32,000 nt of DNA, from positions 1,680,001-1,712,000 of the forward strand of contig NC_008698.1 of the NCBI RefSeq assembly GCF_000015225.1, read 5' to 3'. Every line of letters begins with the position of its first letter. Position 1 is the stretch's first letter. Source of the DNA: Thermofilum pendens Hrk 5 (GTDB lineage: Archaea; Thermoproteota; Thermoprotei; Thermofilales; Thermofilaceae). Of the stretch, positions 1-8,485 are shown piece after piece. The position numbers and the translations under genes are program-made. The notes below the pieces were generated by a model. That model searched no databases. It was not told the origin of the DNA and saw only the letters and a list, made by a program, of their open reading frames with translations.

Positions 1-289
1 CGACCCGCGATAGCCTCGCCTCGACGGCGTCCAGCCTTTCCCCCACGTCCCCCAGTGCTTTCTCCACGCCGTCAACCCTCCTCTCCAGCGCTTCGAGCCT
101 CCCCTCTACCTTGCTGAGCCTTCCCTCCAGGTCGGCGAGCCTCCTCTCCGCCTTGGTAAGCCTCTCCTGCACTCCTCCAAGATTTTCCTCGACGCTTTCA
201 AGCCTCTCCTCCACTTTGTCGAGCCTTCCCTCTACGCCTTCAAGCCTCTTTTCCACCCCTCCAAGTCTTTCCTCTACTCTGTCTAGCCT
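1..289 (-). repeat. In-frame 21-nt periodic coding repeat (heptad array RLxxVEx)
   Basis: Plus strand shows reiterated cctctcc / gagcct / cttcaagcct units. Translated, they give 13 full heptads plus one partial. Confidence 0.7.
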
Positions 290-397
290 GGCGTTAATCT
301 TCTCGAACTTCCTGCCGAGCCAGTAGGCCATCGAGGAGCTGGCAGCCGCTACGCTTATAACGGTCGAGAGGACGGCGAGCGCTACGGGCTCCGCCAA
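1..397 (-). CDS. Membrane-anchored heptad-repeat coiled-coil protein; 3' end lies outside the window (absent from the ORF track because it runs off the edge)
   Basis: Own minus-strand translation. TTG at 397 (alternative ATG at 331) is followed by the hydrophobic segment AEPVALAVLSTVISVAAASSS, then MAYWLGRKFEKINA, then at least 13 consecutive heptads RLxxVEx (RLDRVEE RLGGVEK RLEGVEG RLDKVEE RLESVEE ...), open to position 1. In-frame stop upstream at 422-424. TATA-like ATATAA (minus) at 431-436, about 37 nt upstream of TTG 397. Confidence 0.55.
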   Translation of the reverse strand, partial: MAEPVALAVLSTVISVAAASSSMAYWLGRKFEKINARLDRVEERLGGVEKRLEGVEGRLDKVEERLESVEENLGGVQERLTKAERRLADLEGRLSKVEGRLEALERRVDGVEKALGDVGERLDAVEARLSRV

Positions 398-403
398 CGC
401 GCA

Positions 404-420
404 CCCCTGGAAAACAGGGG
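404..420. promoter_or_regulatory. Perfect hairpin or dyad CCCCTG-GAAAA-CAGGGG between the TATA-like element and the TTG start of the heptad-repeat gene
   Basis: Read directly: 6-bp arms, 5-nt spacer. Confidence 0.4.
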
Positions 421-586
421 CTCAGCCTCATTATATCTGTTGCGGACACCGCCGTGCTGAAAGCCGGAGGAACAGCATTTAGCGGCGGTACGGGTCTGGG
501 TAAACGGGGAAGCGAGAAATAACCAGCTGAGAACAATTTTGGAGGGTTGCCCGACACTGTCGTAGAGCTACGCGCTGGGCGGGCCT

Positions 587-2131
587 TCACTTCCCGGAGA
601 GGTTCCTCGCCGCGCGCAGGAAGACTGCCTCGTAGCGGAGCACTAGCGATGCTAGGGGCTTTAGCGGTGTGCCGCGCAGGGCTTGCCCGAGGACTTCGAT
701 ATCTCCCCCGTCGATGCAGCCGAAGAGGGGGGCGAGCGCCCCGTAGGCGAGGGCGTAGGCTGTAGCCGTCGCGGCTACGCGTAGGGCTGGGTGCACGTTG
801 AGAAGCGCTAGGGGGGCTAGCGGGGCGAGCGCGGCTAGCGCCGCCGCGCATGTTCTGGTAGCGTGCAGGAAGTCTACCTCTGCCCCCACCCTGCGCGCTC
901 TCCACACGCCGTATGCCGCCGAGGAGGCCGAGGAGGCTACGAGGGAGGCTACGAGCCCGTATAGCCCTAGCCTCTGCGTGAGGGGGGCGGCGAGCGGTAG
1001 GAGTACCGCGAGCCCGGCTAGCGAGGCTTCGAGGTTGGCCCTCGTGTCGCCTACCCCTTGGAAGAAGCTCGGCAGCGCCGCTGTCCCCAGCCCGGAGAGC
1101 AGGAGGGAGGCCGAGTACAGCGAGAGGTAGCCCGGCGCGAGCGCGTATTCCCGGCCGTAAACGAGGGCGACGAGGTCCCGGGACTCTACTGCCGCGTAGA
1201 CCCCGGCTGGGACGAGGATTAGCCCGGTGTAGCGCGCGGCGTAGCGGAAGAACCTCCCGGAGTCATCGCCGCTGAGCCTCGAGAACGCCGGGAGGAGGGA
1301 GAGGGAGATGGGGGCTACGAGTAGCTGGATGAGGGCGGCGAAGTTCATCGCTACCTTGAAGTTCCCCACCTCTACGTCCGTCGCGAACCAGGCGGCTACG
1401 GAGTTCTGGTATATCCCCGAGAGGGTTCCCAGGACGCTCGACGCGTACAGCGGTAGCCCGTAGCCCAGCAGGGGTTTCAGCTCGCCGGCGGGGGCTAGCG
1501 GGAGGCGGCCGAGCCTCCTGTAGAGAGCGGCGAGCCCCGAGGCGGCGGCTAAGGCGTAGCCTGCGACTAGCCCCGCGACCGCCCCAGGTACTCCGTAGGC
1601 CGCCGCGAGGGCTAGGGAGAGAACGCTCCTCGAAAGGTCGCGTATCACTGGTAGGGCCGCTAGGGACGCGGTGTCCCCCAGGCCTAGCAACGCGAAATAC
1701 GAGAAGTTCAGGGCGGAGTTGAGGAAGACTGTGGGTAGGGCTAGGAGGGTGAGCTGGACCATCTCGGCCCTGTTGAGCAGGAGGAGGGTGAGCCTCTCCG
1801 AGAGCAGCGCGCCTAGCGCCGTCGACACTAGCGCCGACGCCAGGGTGAAGGCGAGAGCAAGCCCTACGAGCCCCGCTACTCCCTCGCGGCCCCTGCGGGA
1901 TGCTTCGCGCGCGACGGCCGCCGATACTCCGAAGTCCGTGAATATGGAGAGCAGGGAGGCGACCGTAGTCGCGAGGGCGTACTTTCCGTAGCCCTCTGGC
2001 CCCAGTATCCTCGCCAGGAGTATCGAGGCTATGCCCGCGACGAGGGTTGCCGAGGCTTGCCCCCCGAGTATCGAGACCGCGCTCGCCGCTGTCTCGGAGA
2101 CTGCGCTGCCTATGCTCTGGCGGCTCTCCAC
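587..2131 (-). CDS. Polysaccharide/oligosaccharide flippase, MOP (Wzx/MurJ-like) superfamily membrane protein
   Basis: 514 aa, GTG start. Multi-pass hydrophobic protein. N-terminus ...ASILLARILGPEGYGKYALATTVASLLSIFTDFGVSAAVAREASR is typical of polysaccharide biosynthesis (Wzx-like) proteins. TATA-like CTTATTTA (minus) at 2153-2160, about 25 nt upstream. Confidence 0.75.
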   Translation of the reverse strand: MESRQSIGSAVSETAASAVSILGGQASATLVAGIASILLARILGPEGYGKYALATTVASLLSIFTDFGVSAAVAREASRRGREGVAGLVGLALAFTLASALVSTALGALLSERLTLLLLNRAEMVQLTLLALPTVFLNSALNFSYFALLGLGDTASLAALPVIRDLSRSVLSLALAAAYGVPGAVAGLVAGYALAAASGLAALYRRLGRLPLAPAGELKPLLGYGLPLYASSVLGTLSGIYQNSVAAWFATDVEVGNFKVAMNFAALIQLLVAPISLSLLPAFSRLSGDDSGRFFRYAARYTGLILVPAGVYAAVESRDLVALVYGREYALAPGYLSLYSASLLLSGLGTAALPSFFQGVGDTRANLEASLAGLAVLLPLAAPLTQRLGLYGLVASLVASSASSAAYGVWRARRVGAEVDFLHATRTCAAALAALAPLAPLALLNVHPALRVAATATAYALAYGALAPLFGCIDGGDIEVLGQALRGTPLKPLASLVLRYEAVFLRAARNLSGK

Positions 2132-2152
2132 GCGTGCACGTCTCCCGGCGGG

Positions 2153-2160
2153 TAAATAAG
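2153..2160 (-). promoter_or_regulatory. TATA-like box for the flippase gene (leaderless spacing)
   Basis: Plus taaataag = minus CTTATTTA, 22-29 nt upstream of GTG 2131. Confidence 0.4.
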
Positions 2161-2205
2161 CGTTTTCCCGTTGCTCACGTTACCACGATTTAGTAATACT
2201 TGCGC

Positions 2206-2217
2206 AAAGCTTATAAG
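2206..2217 (+). promoter_or_regulatory. BRE/TATA-like promoter AAAGCTTATAAG for the cbi operon
   Basis: AT-rich element about 35 nt upstream of ATG 2249. The same AAGCTTATA 9-mer recurs at two other promoters in the window. Confidence 0.5.
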
Positions 2218-2248
2218 CGGGCGCCGCGTCCACGGGGTTTGACCGGGT

Positions 2249-2863
2249 ATGCATATACCAGACGGGTACCTCGACCCGGCGATGTGCGCAGTCACCTACG
2301 CGCTCTCCCTGGCGGTCCTGGCGTTCTCCGCGTTGAAGGCTAGGAGCGCGGGCTCCGAGCAGAAGACCCTTGTCCCCGTCCTCGCCGCCGCTATCTTCGC
2401 GGCCCAGATGCTGAACTGGCCTATACCCGGCGGGACCTCGCTGCACCTGGTCGGCGGGGCTCTCGCCTCGATACTGGTTGGCCCCTGGCTCGCTAGCCTC
2501 ACTATGTTCCTCGTGCTCTTGACGCAGGCTCTAGTCTTCCACGACGGCGGTATAACGACTCTCGGCGCCAACGTCTTAAACATGGGGATAGTGGCGGTGT
2601 TCGCCGGGTACCTCGCGTACAGGGCTTTCCCGGAGCGCCTCCGCGTGGTCGGAGCCTTCCTGGCTGGGTGGCTCAGCATAACCCTGGCGGGCGTTGTGTG
2701 CGGCGTGGAGCTGGGGCTCTCGAAGCAGTTCCTCTACGGGCTCTCGGTCACGGTGCCGGTGATGGGGGGCTGGCACGCGCTCCTCGGGGTGGTGGAGGGC
2801 TTGATCACGGCTTCCGTCTACGCCTACCTGAAGTCTAAGGCTCCCCAGCTCGTAGCGGGGTGA
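2249..2863 (+). CDS. cbiM: ECF transporter substrate-capture component CbiM (cobalt/nickel)
   Basis: 204 aa. Hallmark N-terminus MHIPDGYLD, multi-pass membrane protein, followed by the N/Q/O components. Confidence 0.9.
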   Translation: MHIPDGYLDPAMCAVTYALSLAVLAFSALKARSAGSEQKTLVPVLAAAIFAAQMLNWPIPGGTSLHLVGGALASILVGPWLASLTMFLVLLTQALVFHDGGITTLGANVLNMGIVAVFAGYLAYRAFPERLRVVGAFLAGWLSITLAGVVCGVELGLSKQFLYGLSVTVPVMGGWHALLGVVEGLITASVYAYLKSKAPQLVAG

Positions 2864-2870
2864 GAGGGGG

Positions 2871-3173
2871 ATGGGCAAGGTGGTAAGCATCCTCAAGAAG
2901 CACAGGAAGGCTGCCCTAGCGGTACTCGCAATGGTGCTTGTAAGCCCCGTGTTCGGGGTCTGGCTGGCGAACCTCGTGGGCTACCACGAGCCCCTGGACC
3001 TCGCCGCTGAGGCGCTCGGCCTCAACGAGACGACGGAGGAGATAAACTGGACGCCGTTCCTCGACTACACGGTGCCCGGGCTCCCGGACTGGCTGGGCTA
3101 CATAGTCTCGGGCTTCTTGGGAGTCGCAGTGGTGCTCGCGCTCGGCTACCTGCTACTTAAGGCCCTCAAGTGA
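2871..3173 (+). CDS. Small CbiN/NikN-like (PDGLE-type) auxiliary membrane component of the ECF transporter
   Basis: 100 aa with N- and C-terminal TM helices flanking an acidic loop (HEPLDLAAEALGLNETTEE). Sits between cbiM and cbiQ. Confidence 0.6.
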   Translation: MGKVVSILKKHRKAALAVLAMVLVSPVFGVWLANLVGYHEPLDLAAEALGLNETTEEINWTPFLDYTVPGLPDWLGYIVSGFLGVAVVLALGYLLLKALK

Positions 3174-3179
3174 CCACCC

Positions 3180-3908
3180 GTGAAAAGTAGGGCTTTCTCT
3201 TTCTTCCAGGCCTTCCTAGAGGCTGTGTCCGGCGTAGCCGAGGAGCTCAGCTCCGCCGGAAAGCCGCCCGCGTCCCCCTGGGCGCTCGTACTCGTTGGGC
3301 TCGCCGCCGACGTGGAGGCCTCCTACGCCTCCGGGCCCGCCACGCCGGCCATGGCGATAGCCCTCGGAGCGGTGCTCGCTGCAACCTCCCGGAAGCTAAG
3401 GGGCTGGCTCACGGTAACGCTCGTCTCCGCGTTCTTCGCCGGGCTGGTCGCGCTCCCCGCGTTGCTCCGCGGGGACCCCGGGGCGCCGCTCTTCGTCCTG
3501 AGGGCTGTCGCGGCGTCCTCGGCCTTCACGGGTGTCCTCGCATCCCTCGGCTGGCTCTGGTTGCTGAGGGGGCTCGAGGAGCTACGGCTCCCCCGGGGCC
3601 TCGTGTGGGAGCTCGGGCTCACGCTGAGGGCTATCCCCGTCTTCGCCAGGGACGCGTCGAGGATGCTGGCCGCCAGGGAGGCCAGGCTTCTCGCGTCTTC
3701 CCGGGCTTCCTGGTCCGTTGTCTCGAGCGTCGCCGGCGACCTGTTGCTCGCAGGGGTTAGGAGGGCGCGGGCGTTGCAGATGGCGCTGGAGGCGAGGAGC
3801 TTCGGCGAGCCGCTAGCCCCCCGTAGGCGCCTAGACCCCCGGCCCGCCGACGCCGCGCTTATAGCCTGGGCCCTGCTCATGACGGCGGTGTTCGCGGGTG
3901 GGGCTTAG
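3180..3908 (+). CDS. cbiQ: ECF transporter transmembrane T component CbiQ
   Basis: 242 aa, GTG start, hydrophobic. Ala-Arg-Gly-type coupling region (LRAIPVFARDASRMLAAREARL ... ARALQMALEARSFG). Stop TAG 3906-3908 shares G 3908 with the cbiO GTG. Confidence 0.7.
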   Translation: MKSRAFSFFQAFLEAVSGVAEELSSAGKPPASPWALVLVGLAADVEASYASGPATPAMAIALGAVLAATSRKLRGWLTVTLVSAFFAGLVALPALLRGDPGAPLFVLRAVAASSAFTGVLASLGWLWLLRGLEELRLPRGLVWELGLTLRAIPVFARDASRMLAAREARLLASSRASWSVVSSVAGDLLLAGVRRARALQMALEARSFGEPLAPRRRLDPRPADAALIAWALLMTAVFAGGA

Positions 3909-4627
3909 TGCTGGAGTGTAGGGACCTGTGGGCGGGCTACCCGGGCTTCGGCGACGTGCTCCGCGGGGTCACGCTGGGGCTTGAAAGGGGCGAGGTCGTA
4001 GCCCTCCTGGGGCCGAACGGCTCCGGAAAGACTACCCTCCTGCTCGCGCTCGCGGGTCTCCTGAAGCCTTCGAGAGGCTCGGTGCTCCTCGACGGCAGGG
4101 ACCTCTGGTCCCAGCTCCCCGGCGCTAGGAGGAGGATAGGGCTCGTCTTCCAGGACCCGGACGACCAGCTCTTCAACCCGACGGTCGAGGAGGAGCTCGC
4201 GTTCGCGTTGAACCAGCTGGGCCTCCCAGAAGCCGAGAAGGCGTCCCGCCTGGAGCGCGCCGCCCGCATGCTGGGCGTTGAGGGCCTCCTCGACAGGCCT
4301 GTCCACGCGCTGAGCTACGGCGAGAAGAGGCGGGTAGCCCTAGCGTCCGTGCTCGTCTACGACCCGGAGTACCTTCTACTCGACGAGCCCACGGCGAACC
4401 TCGACCCCCGCTCCGCCTCGGCGTTGCTCGAGGCTGTCTGCAGGCTCAAGCGGGAGGGCAGGGGAGTCCTCCTCGCGACGCAGGACGTCGGGGTCGCGTC
4501 CCGCGTGGCGGACAGGTACGCCGTGATACACGGGGGGAGGATAGCATGGGAGGGCGCGGAGCTGCCCCGGGAAGTTCTGGAGAAGCACGGGTTAACCGTT
4601 GCGGACGTCTCCTGCAGGGAACTCTGA
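3908..4627 (+). CDS. cbiO: ECF transporter ATPase CbiO
   Basis: Walker A GPNGSGKTT, signature LSYGEKRRVALA, Walker B LLLDEPTANLD. Confidence 0.9.
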   Translation: MLECRDLWAGYPGFGDVLRGVTLGLERGEVVALLGPNGSGKTTLLLALAGLLKPSRGSVLLDGRDLWSQLPGARRRIGLVFQDPDDQLFNPTVEEELAFALNQLGLPEAEKASRLERAARMLGVEGLLDRPVHALSYGEKRRVALASVLVYDPEYLLLDEPTANLDPRSASALLEAVCRLKREGRGVLLATQDVGVASRVADRYAVIHGGRIAWEGAELPREVLEKHGLTVADVSCREL

Positions 4628-4773
4628 CTTAGGACTGCAGGGCGGCGCGCGCTGCTTCGGCTAGCGCTGGTAGCACTGTTTCCTCGAACTCCACGGGCTT
4701 CCCGGAGCCCATGTCGACGCGCGCGTCAAAGTAAACACCCCCTGAAGGTTTAAGGTTAGGAGTTATATTTTCC

Positions 4774-6036
4774 TTACGAGTGTCTATGTTCGCCTAGCAA
4801 TTTTTTTTTAACCAAGCTAAGCTCCTCCTCTATTATCTCGTTCCAGCTTTTCAAGCTTGGAGGATTAACCTCTTTGGGGCTTCTCTCCAGCATGTCGATA
4901 GCCTCTGTTGCTAAGGCTTCTACGTCGCCTTCCCGTACAAGCCTGACTCCGGGAAGCCCGCCGTAGTATATTTTGAGCGCGGGTATATCGTAGCCTACGA
5001 CGGGGGTTCCTGCGTGTAAAGACTCCAGGACAGTGTATGGAAATGAATCCATATGGCTTGGGTGGAGCAGGAGCCTTGCCTTAGCGTTGAGCTCGAAGAG
5101 CTGCTCCCTTGATATAAATCCTGTAAGGACAACGTAGTCCTTGAGGTTTAGCTTTTTAAGTGCTACGAGAAGCTTTCTATGAGTTTTGCTGTCCAGTTTC
5201 CCTGTGATGACGAGTTTCAGATCGCCTCTCTCCTTCCTAATGAGTCTGTAGGCAAGGAGAACGTCTAAGATACCTTTCACGGGAGTAAGGCCGCCTTTGT
5301 ACAGTATGCAGTTTTCCTTCTCTTTAACACTTTTGCGAATCCTGCTCAATAAATGTACTTCCTCCTCGTTTAGATTTACACCCGGATCTAGGTAGAAAGC
5401 CTTGCTGAACCAGGGTTCCCCCATTTCTAGAACTGTTGCTCTGCTCACCCCTACTACGAGCGAGTACTTGTTGAGCAACATTCGAATTCTGGCCTCCTCT
5501 ATTGGTCTTCTCACTTGTAGCCTTGCAAGGCGCACGGTAGCATAAGCTTCCTCGAGAGTGGAAGCTGAAGTGAGCTTCTCCCACAGGTATACAGCTTTGA
5601 GTATCTCACTGAGCCTTTTCTTTGACCCGAAAAGAGGGGGGTTCTGCAGGAGAACCATCGCCGGCGCTCCGCTAGCTTTGCCGAGAAGGTAGCCAGCGTA
5701 TAGATAGTCTATATTCTCGTGTAGCACTACGATGCCGTCGAAGAAGGGGAGTTTTGTCGTCGTTAGCCTAGTTAATTGCGGGAAAAAAAGCTTGAATTCG
5801 GGCTCCAGCTTCCCAATTCTCGGATACGTAATGCATCCCGAGAGAGCTACGCCTAAGCTCTTCAGCCGCGCAAGGCTCCTTAAGGACGTAGAGCCTACCG
5901 CGCGTAGAGGGGTGAAAAGGTAGACGTGGAAATGTTTAGCATACTCCTTTACAGACCTTAAAGCCCTAAGCTCGCCGCCGCTTCCGTGCTCCGAGGGGTT
6001 AGCGACCACCGCTAGTTGAGGCTTACTCGAATGCAT
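4774..6036 (-). CDS. Glycosyltransferase, GT4/GT1-type (GT-B fold), low-GC gene
   Basis: 420 aa. C-terminal motif HPSHMDSFPYTVLESLHAGTPVVGYD resembles the E(x7)E region of GT4 enzymes. GC about 38-45% in the lines I counted, against about 65-70% elsewhere. Confidence 0.75.
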   Translation of the reverse strand: MHSSKPQLAVVANPSEHGSGGELRALRSVKEYAKHFHVYLFTPLRAVGSTSLRSLARLKSLGVALSGCITYPRIGKLEPEFKLFFPQLTRLTTTKLPFFDGIVVLHENIDYLYAGYLLGKASGAPAMVLLQNPPLFGSKKRLSEILKAVYLWEKLTSASTLEEAYATVRLARLQVRRPIEEARIRMLLNKYSLVVGVSRATVLEMGEPWFSKAFYLDPGVNLNEEEVHLLSRIRKSVKEKENCILYKGGLTPVKGILDVLLAYRLIRKERGDLKLVITGKLDSKTHRKLLVALKKLNLKDYVVLTGFISREQLFELNAKARLLLHPSHMDSFPYTVLESLHAGTPVVGYDIPALKIYYGGLPGVRLVREGDVEALATEAIDMLERSPKEVNPPSLKSWNEIIEEELSLVKKKLLGEHRHS

Positions 6037-6039
6037 GCT

Positions 6040-7071
6040 TCACGCACCGGAGATCTTCCTGTAAAGATCCAGGTAAGTGGAAGCGGCTTTTTCCCAAGTG
6101 AAGAATGCGGACCTCTCGATGCTCCTAGCGGAGAAGGTCTCGTAAAGCTGTTGGTCCGTCAGCAACACTAGGAGCTTTTCCGCCAGGTCCTCGCTGTCGC
6201 CGGGCCGAAACTTCAACCCGGCGTCGCCTGCCACCTCCGCCGCGCCTCCGGCGTCGGGTACGATGACGGGTAGACCGCTCGCCATAGCCTCCAGCACGGC
6301 GAGCCCGAAAGGCTCTTTGGAGCATGTGTGAATGAATATTGTTGCCGAGCGGTAAAGCTGGGGGAGCTTTTCGAAGGGTATCCTCTCGGCGAAGCGCACC
6401 GTGTCTTCGAGCCCATGCCTCCTTAGGTAGCCTTCAACTTCCCGTTTTAGAGGCCCATCCCCCCTTATGACCGCTTCGAAGCTCGCCTTCCCCTTCACTA
6501 GCCTGATCGCCTCTAGGAAGGTGAACGGCTCCTTGAATCCTACGAGACGCGAGTTCCAGAGCACGACGTGGTGTATGGGCGGTTCCAGCGGCTTATTCCT
6601 TCGGAAGGTGTCCAGGACCCCGTGGTACACGACAGCCGTAGCCTTTACTCCCAGCCTCTCGCGGAGCATCCTAGCCGAGAAGTTACTTATAGTTACCACG
6701 GGGACCCCTGCCTCGTATAGCTGAAGCAGGCTCTCGCGCTCCTTCTCGTAGAAGCGGCGCTGCTCTCTTTCCACGAGCTCTGGCTCAGGCCAGCCGTGCT
6801 CCGTTAGTAGCAGGTTGTCGCGGGGGCCTAAGAGGGCTCCGTGGCTGGCGGTGTTCACGTGTACTACGTCGTAGCGCCGGGCCAGCGCCTTAAGGGCGTA
6901 CTTGTAGAGTAGGTCCCGGTGCCCCGGTACCGGGAGGCGGGGGACTACCATCTGCCTCGCGGAGACGGGGTATCGTGCGAACGCCAGGAGCTCGACCTTG
7001 ATTCTTCTCGATAGCTCGCCGGCAAGCCCCACGGTGTAGTGCTCCACGTGGGGTGTAAGTAGCACCTTCAT
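6040..7071 (-). CDS. Glycosyltransferase, GT4 family
   Basis: Motif IHTCSKEPFGLAVLEAMASGLPVIVPDAGGAAEV. Start placed at ATG 7071 (MKVLLTPH), preceded by GGAGG. The track ORF extends to TTG 7095. Its stop lies 3 nt upstream of the next GT4 start, so the two form an operon. Confidence 0.85.
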   Translation of the reverse strand: MKVLLTPHVEHYTVGLAGELSRRIKVELLAFARYPVSARQMVVPRLPVPGHRDLLYKYALKALARRYDVVHVNTASHGALLGPRDNLLLTEHGWPEPELVEREQRRFYEKERESLLQLYEAGVPVVTISNFSARMLRERLGVKATAVVYHGVLDTFRRNKPLEPPIHHVVLWNSRLVGFKEPFTFLEAIRLVKGKASFEAVIRGDGPLKREVEGYLRRHGLEDTVRFAERIPFEKLPQLYRSATIFIHTCSKEPFGLAVLEAMASGLPVIVPDAGGAAEVAGDAGLKFRPGDSEDLAEKLLVLLTDQQLYETFSARSIERSAFFTWEKAASTYLDLYRKISGA

Positions 7072-7145
7072 GCTTTCGCCTCCGAGCATCTTCAAGCTCT
7101 ACGCCTGGTCGCAAAGCTAAAAAGCTTCTTGCTCTTCGAAGAGCC

Positions 7146-8207
7146 GTGGCTCGGGCTGGCGAGTACCCGTTGATCACGGTCGCGATGGTGGCGCTGAACA
7201 GGGAGTGGATTATCGGGCACGCCTTGAAGAGCCTGCTTTCCCAGACGTACCCCCACGACAGGATTTTCTTCGTCCTCGTGGACGGCGGGAGCGTTGACCG
7301 CACGGTGGAGGTTGTGCGCGAAGCCCTGAGCGGGTCCGACCTAGCAGGCTTCGAGGTCGTCGTGCAGAGGAGCAATATCCCTGAGGCTAGGAACATAGCT
7401 ATCGAGAGGATGAGGGGGGAGGCGATATTCTTCTGGGACAGCGACGTACTCCTAGAGCCGGACGGTTTGAAAATGCTATACGAAGCCGCCTCAGACTATG
7501 GGATCGATATCTTGTCCGCAGATACCCTGTCCATTAAAGTCTCCAGTGTAGAAGAAGGTTGGAGAGTTTTAGAAGAGCTGTGTAAGAAGAGGGGAAAAAT
7601 CGGCGTAGAGCTTGTTCCCGCTGTCGCTATGGGTGCAACGCTTATTCGAAAAATCGTGTTGGATAGGGTTAGGTTTGACCCCGAGCTTACCTTTGGCGAG
7701 GACGCTGATTTCTGCGTAAAGGCACGTTCCCTCGGTTATAGAGTAGCCGTGCATAGAGGCGTGGTGGCTGTCGATGTGAACGTTACCGGTAGAGCTGGTA
7801 GCGACATATACGTTTCTAAACCTCTCACCGAACTTTTAAAGGGTATTCGGAAGAAGGCTAAAGTAAAGGTTCTCGGTCTCAGCTTCGATCCGGGTCTCAA
7901 AGATGTACTCGTTTACATGTGGAGGTACAAGAGGTACCTTTACTACCTCGGCTACCTTCCGATGCTTGTAGCGCTAATAGTCGGACTTGCGAAAAATCTC
8001 CCGATGCTCACTTTACTCTTCCCTGCCTATGTACTTCCCTACCTACTATACCAGGCTAAGAGGAGGGGTATCCTCTTGGGCTTAAAGACCTTTATAGCGA
8101 GCCTCGTTGTCGGTCTTCCATTGTCGCTTTCAATGCTAGCATATGCTACTGCTAGAAGCTTGGAACGCTTCGTAAGCACGCCGCGCAGAAAGAAGCATGT
8201 CCGTTAG
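7146..8207 (+). CDS. Glycosyltransferase, GT2 family, with C-terminal transmembrane region
   Basis: N-terminus PLITVAMVALNREWIIGHALKSLLSQTYPHDRIFFVLVDGGSVDRT (GT-A/GT2 pattern), FWDSDV motif, hydrophobic C-terminal third. GTG start. Confidence 0.8.
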   Translation: MARAGEYPLITVAMVALNREWIIGHALKSLLSQTYPHDRIFFVLVDGGSVDRTVEVVREALSGSDLAGFEVVVQRSNIPEARNIAIERMRGEAIFFWDSDVLLEPDGLKMLYEAASDYGIDILSADTLSIKVSSVEEGWRVLEELCKKRGKIGVELVPAVAMGATLIRKIVLDRVRFDPELTFGEDADFCVKARSLGYRVAVHRGVVAVDVNVTGRAGSDIYVSKPLTELLKGIRKKAKVKVLGLSFDPGLKDVLVYMWRYKRYLYYLGYLPMLVALIVGLAKNLPMLTLLFPAYVLPYLLYQAKRRGILLGLKTFIASLVVGLPLSLSMLAYATARSLERFVSTPRRKKHVR

Positions 8208-8461
8208 TATGGGTTAGCGCTTCTTGTTGCAAACGAGAGCCCGACTCCGGGTGCAGGAGAGTACCCGGTATCCCTGCAGGCGAAGTCTTCGCCGAGAACT
8301 CTTAAAAATAGCTCCGCGCCGCCGTGGTATTCGACTCGCGCGCGTAGACCCAGTTCTCGAAGAGCCTTCTGGTTGCAAGCAAGGCACGCAACTTCCCGTG
8401 AGCCTGGAACAACGCACTCTCCATGCGTATCCCGCACAACGTTTCTTCTATGAAGCTGCAC

Positions 8462-8485
8462 CCTTTAATCCCTTTTCATTAAAGG
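8462..8485. promoter_or_regulatory. Hairpin/dyad CCTTTAAT-(8 nt)-ATTAAAGG in the unassigned spacer upstream of the fourth glycosyltransferase
   Basis: Read directly: perfect 8-bp arms. Confidence 0.35.

Noticed and set aside
111-326. 71-aa plus ORF rich in Ser/Leu/Pro (SSLSSTLSSLPSTPSS).
   Set aside because: It is the antisense shadow of the minus-strand heptad-repeat gene. The minus frame gives a far more protein-like, perfectly periodic sequence with a promoter.
294-905. 203-aa minus ORF, plus the overlapping plus ORFs at 547-765 and 798-1130.
   Set aside because: Arg/Pro/Ser-rich translation typical of off-frame reading in high-GC DNA. It spans an intergenic region and the 3' end of the flippase gene. 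The real gene at 1-397 is in a different frame.
2132-2248. Cobalamin riboswitch upstream of cbiM.
   Set aside because: The gap is only 117 nt and is shared by two divergent promoters. The predicted leader is about 10 nt and I see no B12-box-like element. Such riboswitches are not expected in archaea.
4800-4809. T10 run as a terminator for the cbi operon.
   Set aside because: It lies 170 nt downstream of the cbiO stop, inside the convergent GT4 coding sequence (encoding KKK on the minus strand). A terminator role is possible but cannot be separated from its coding role.
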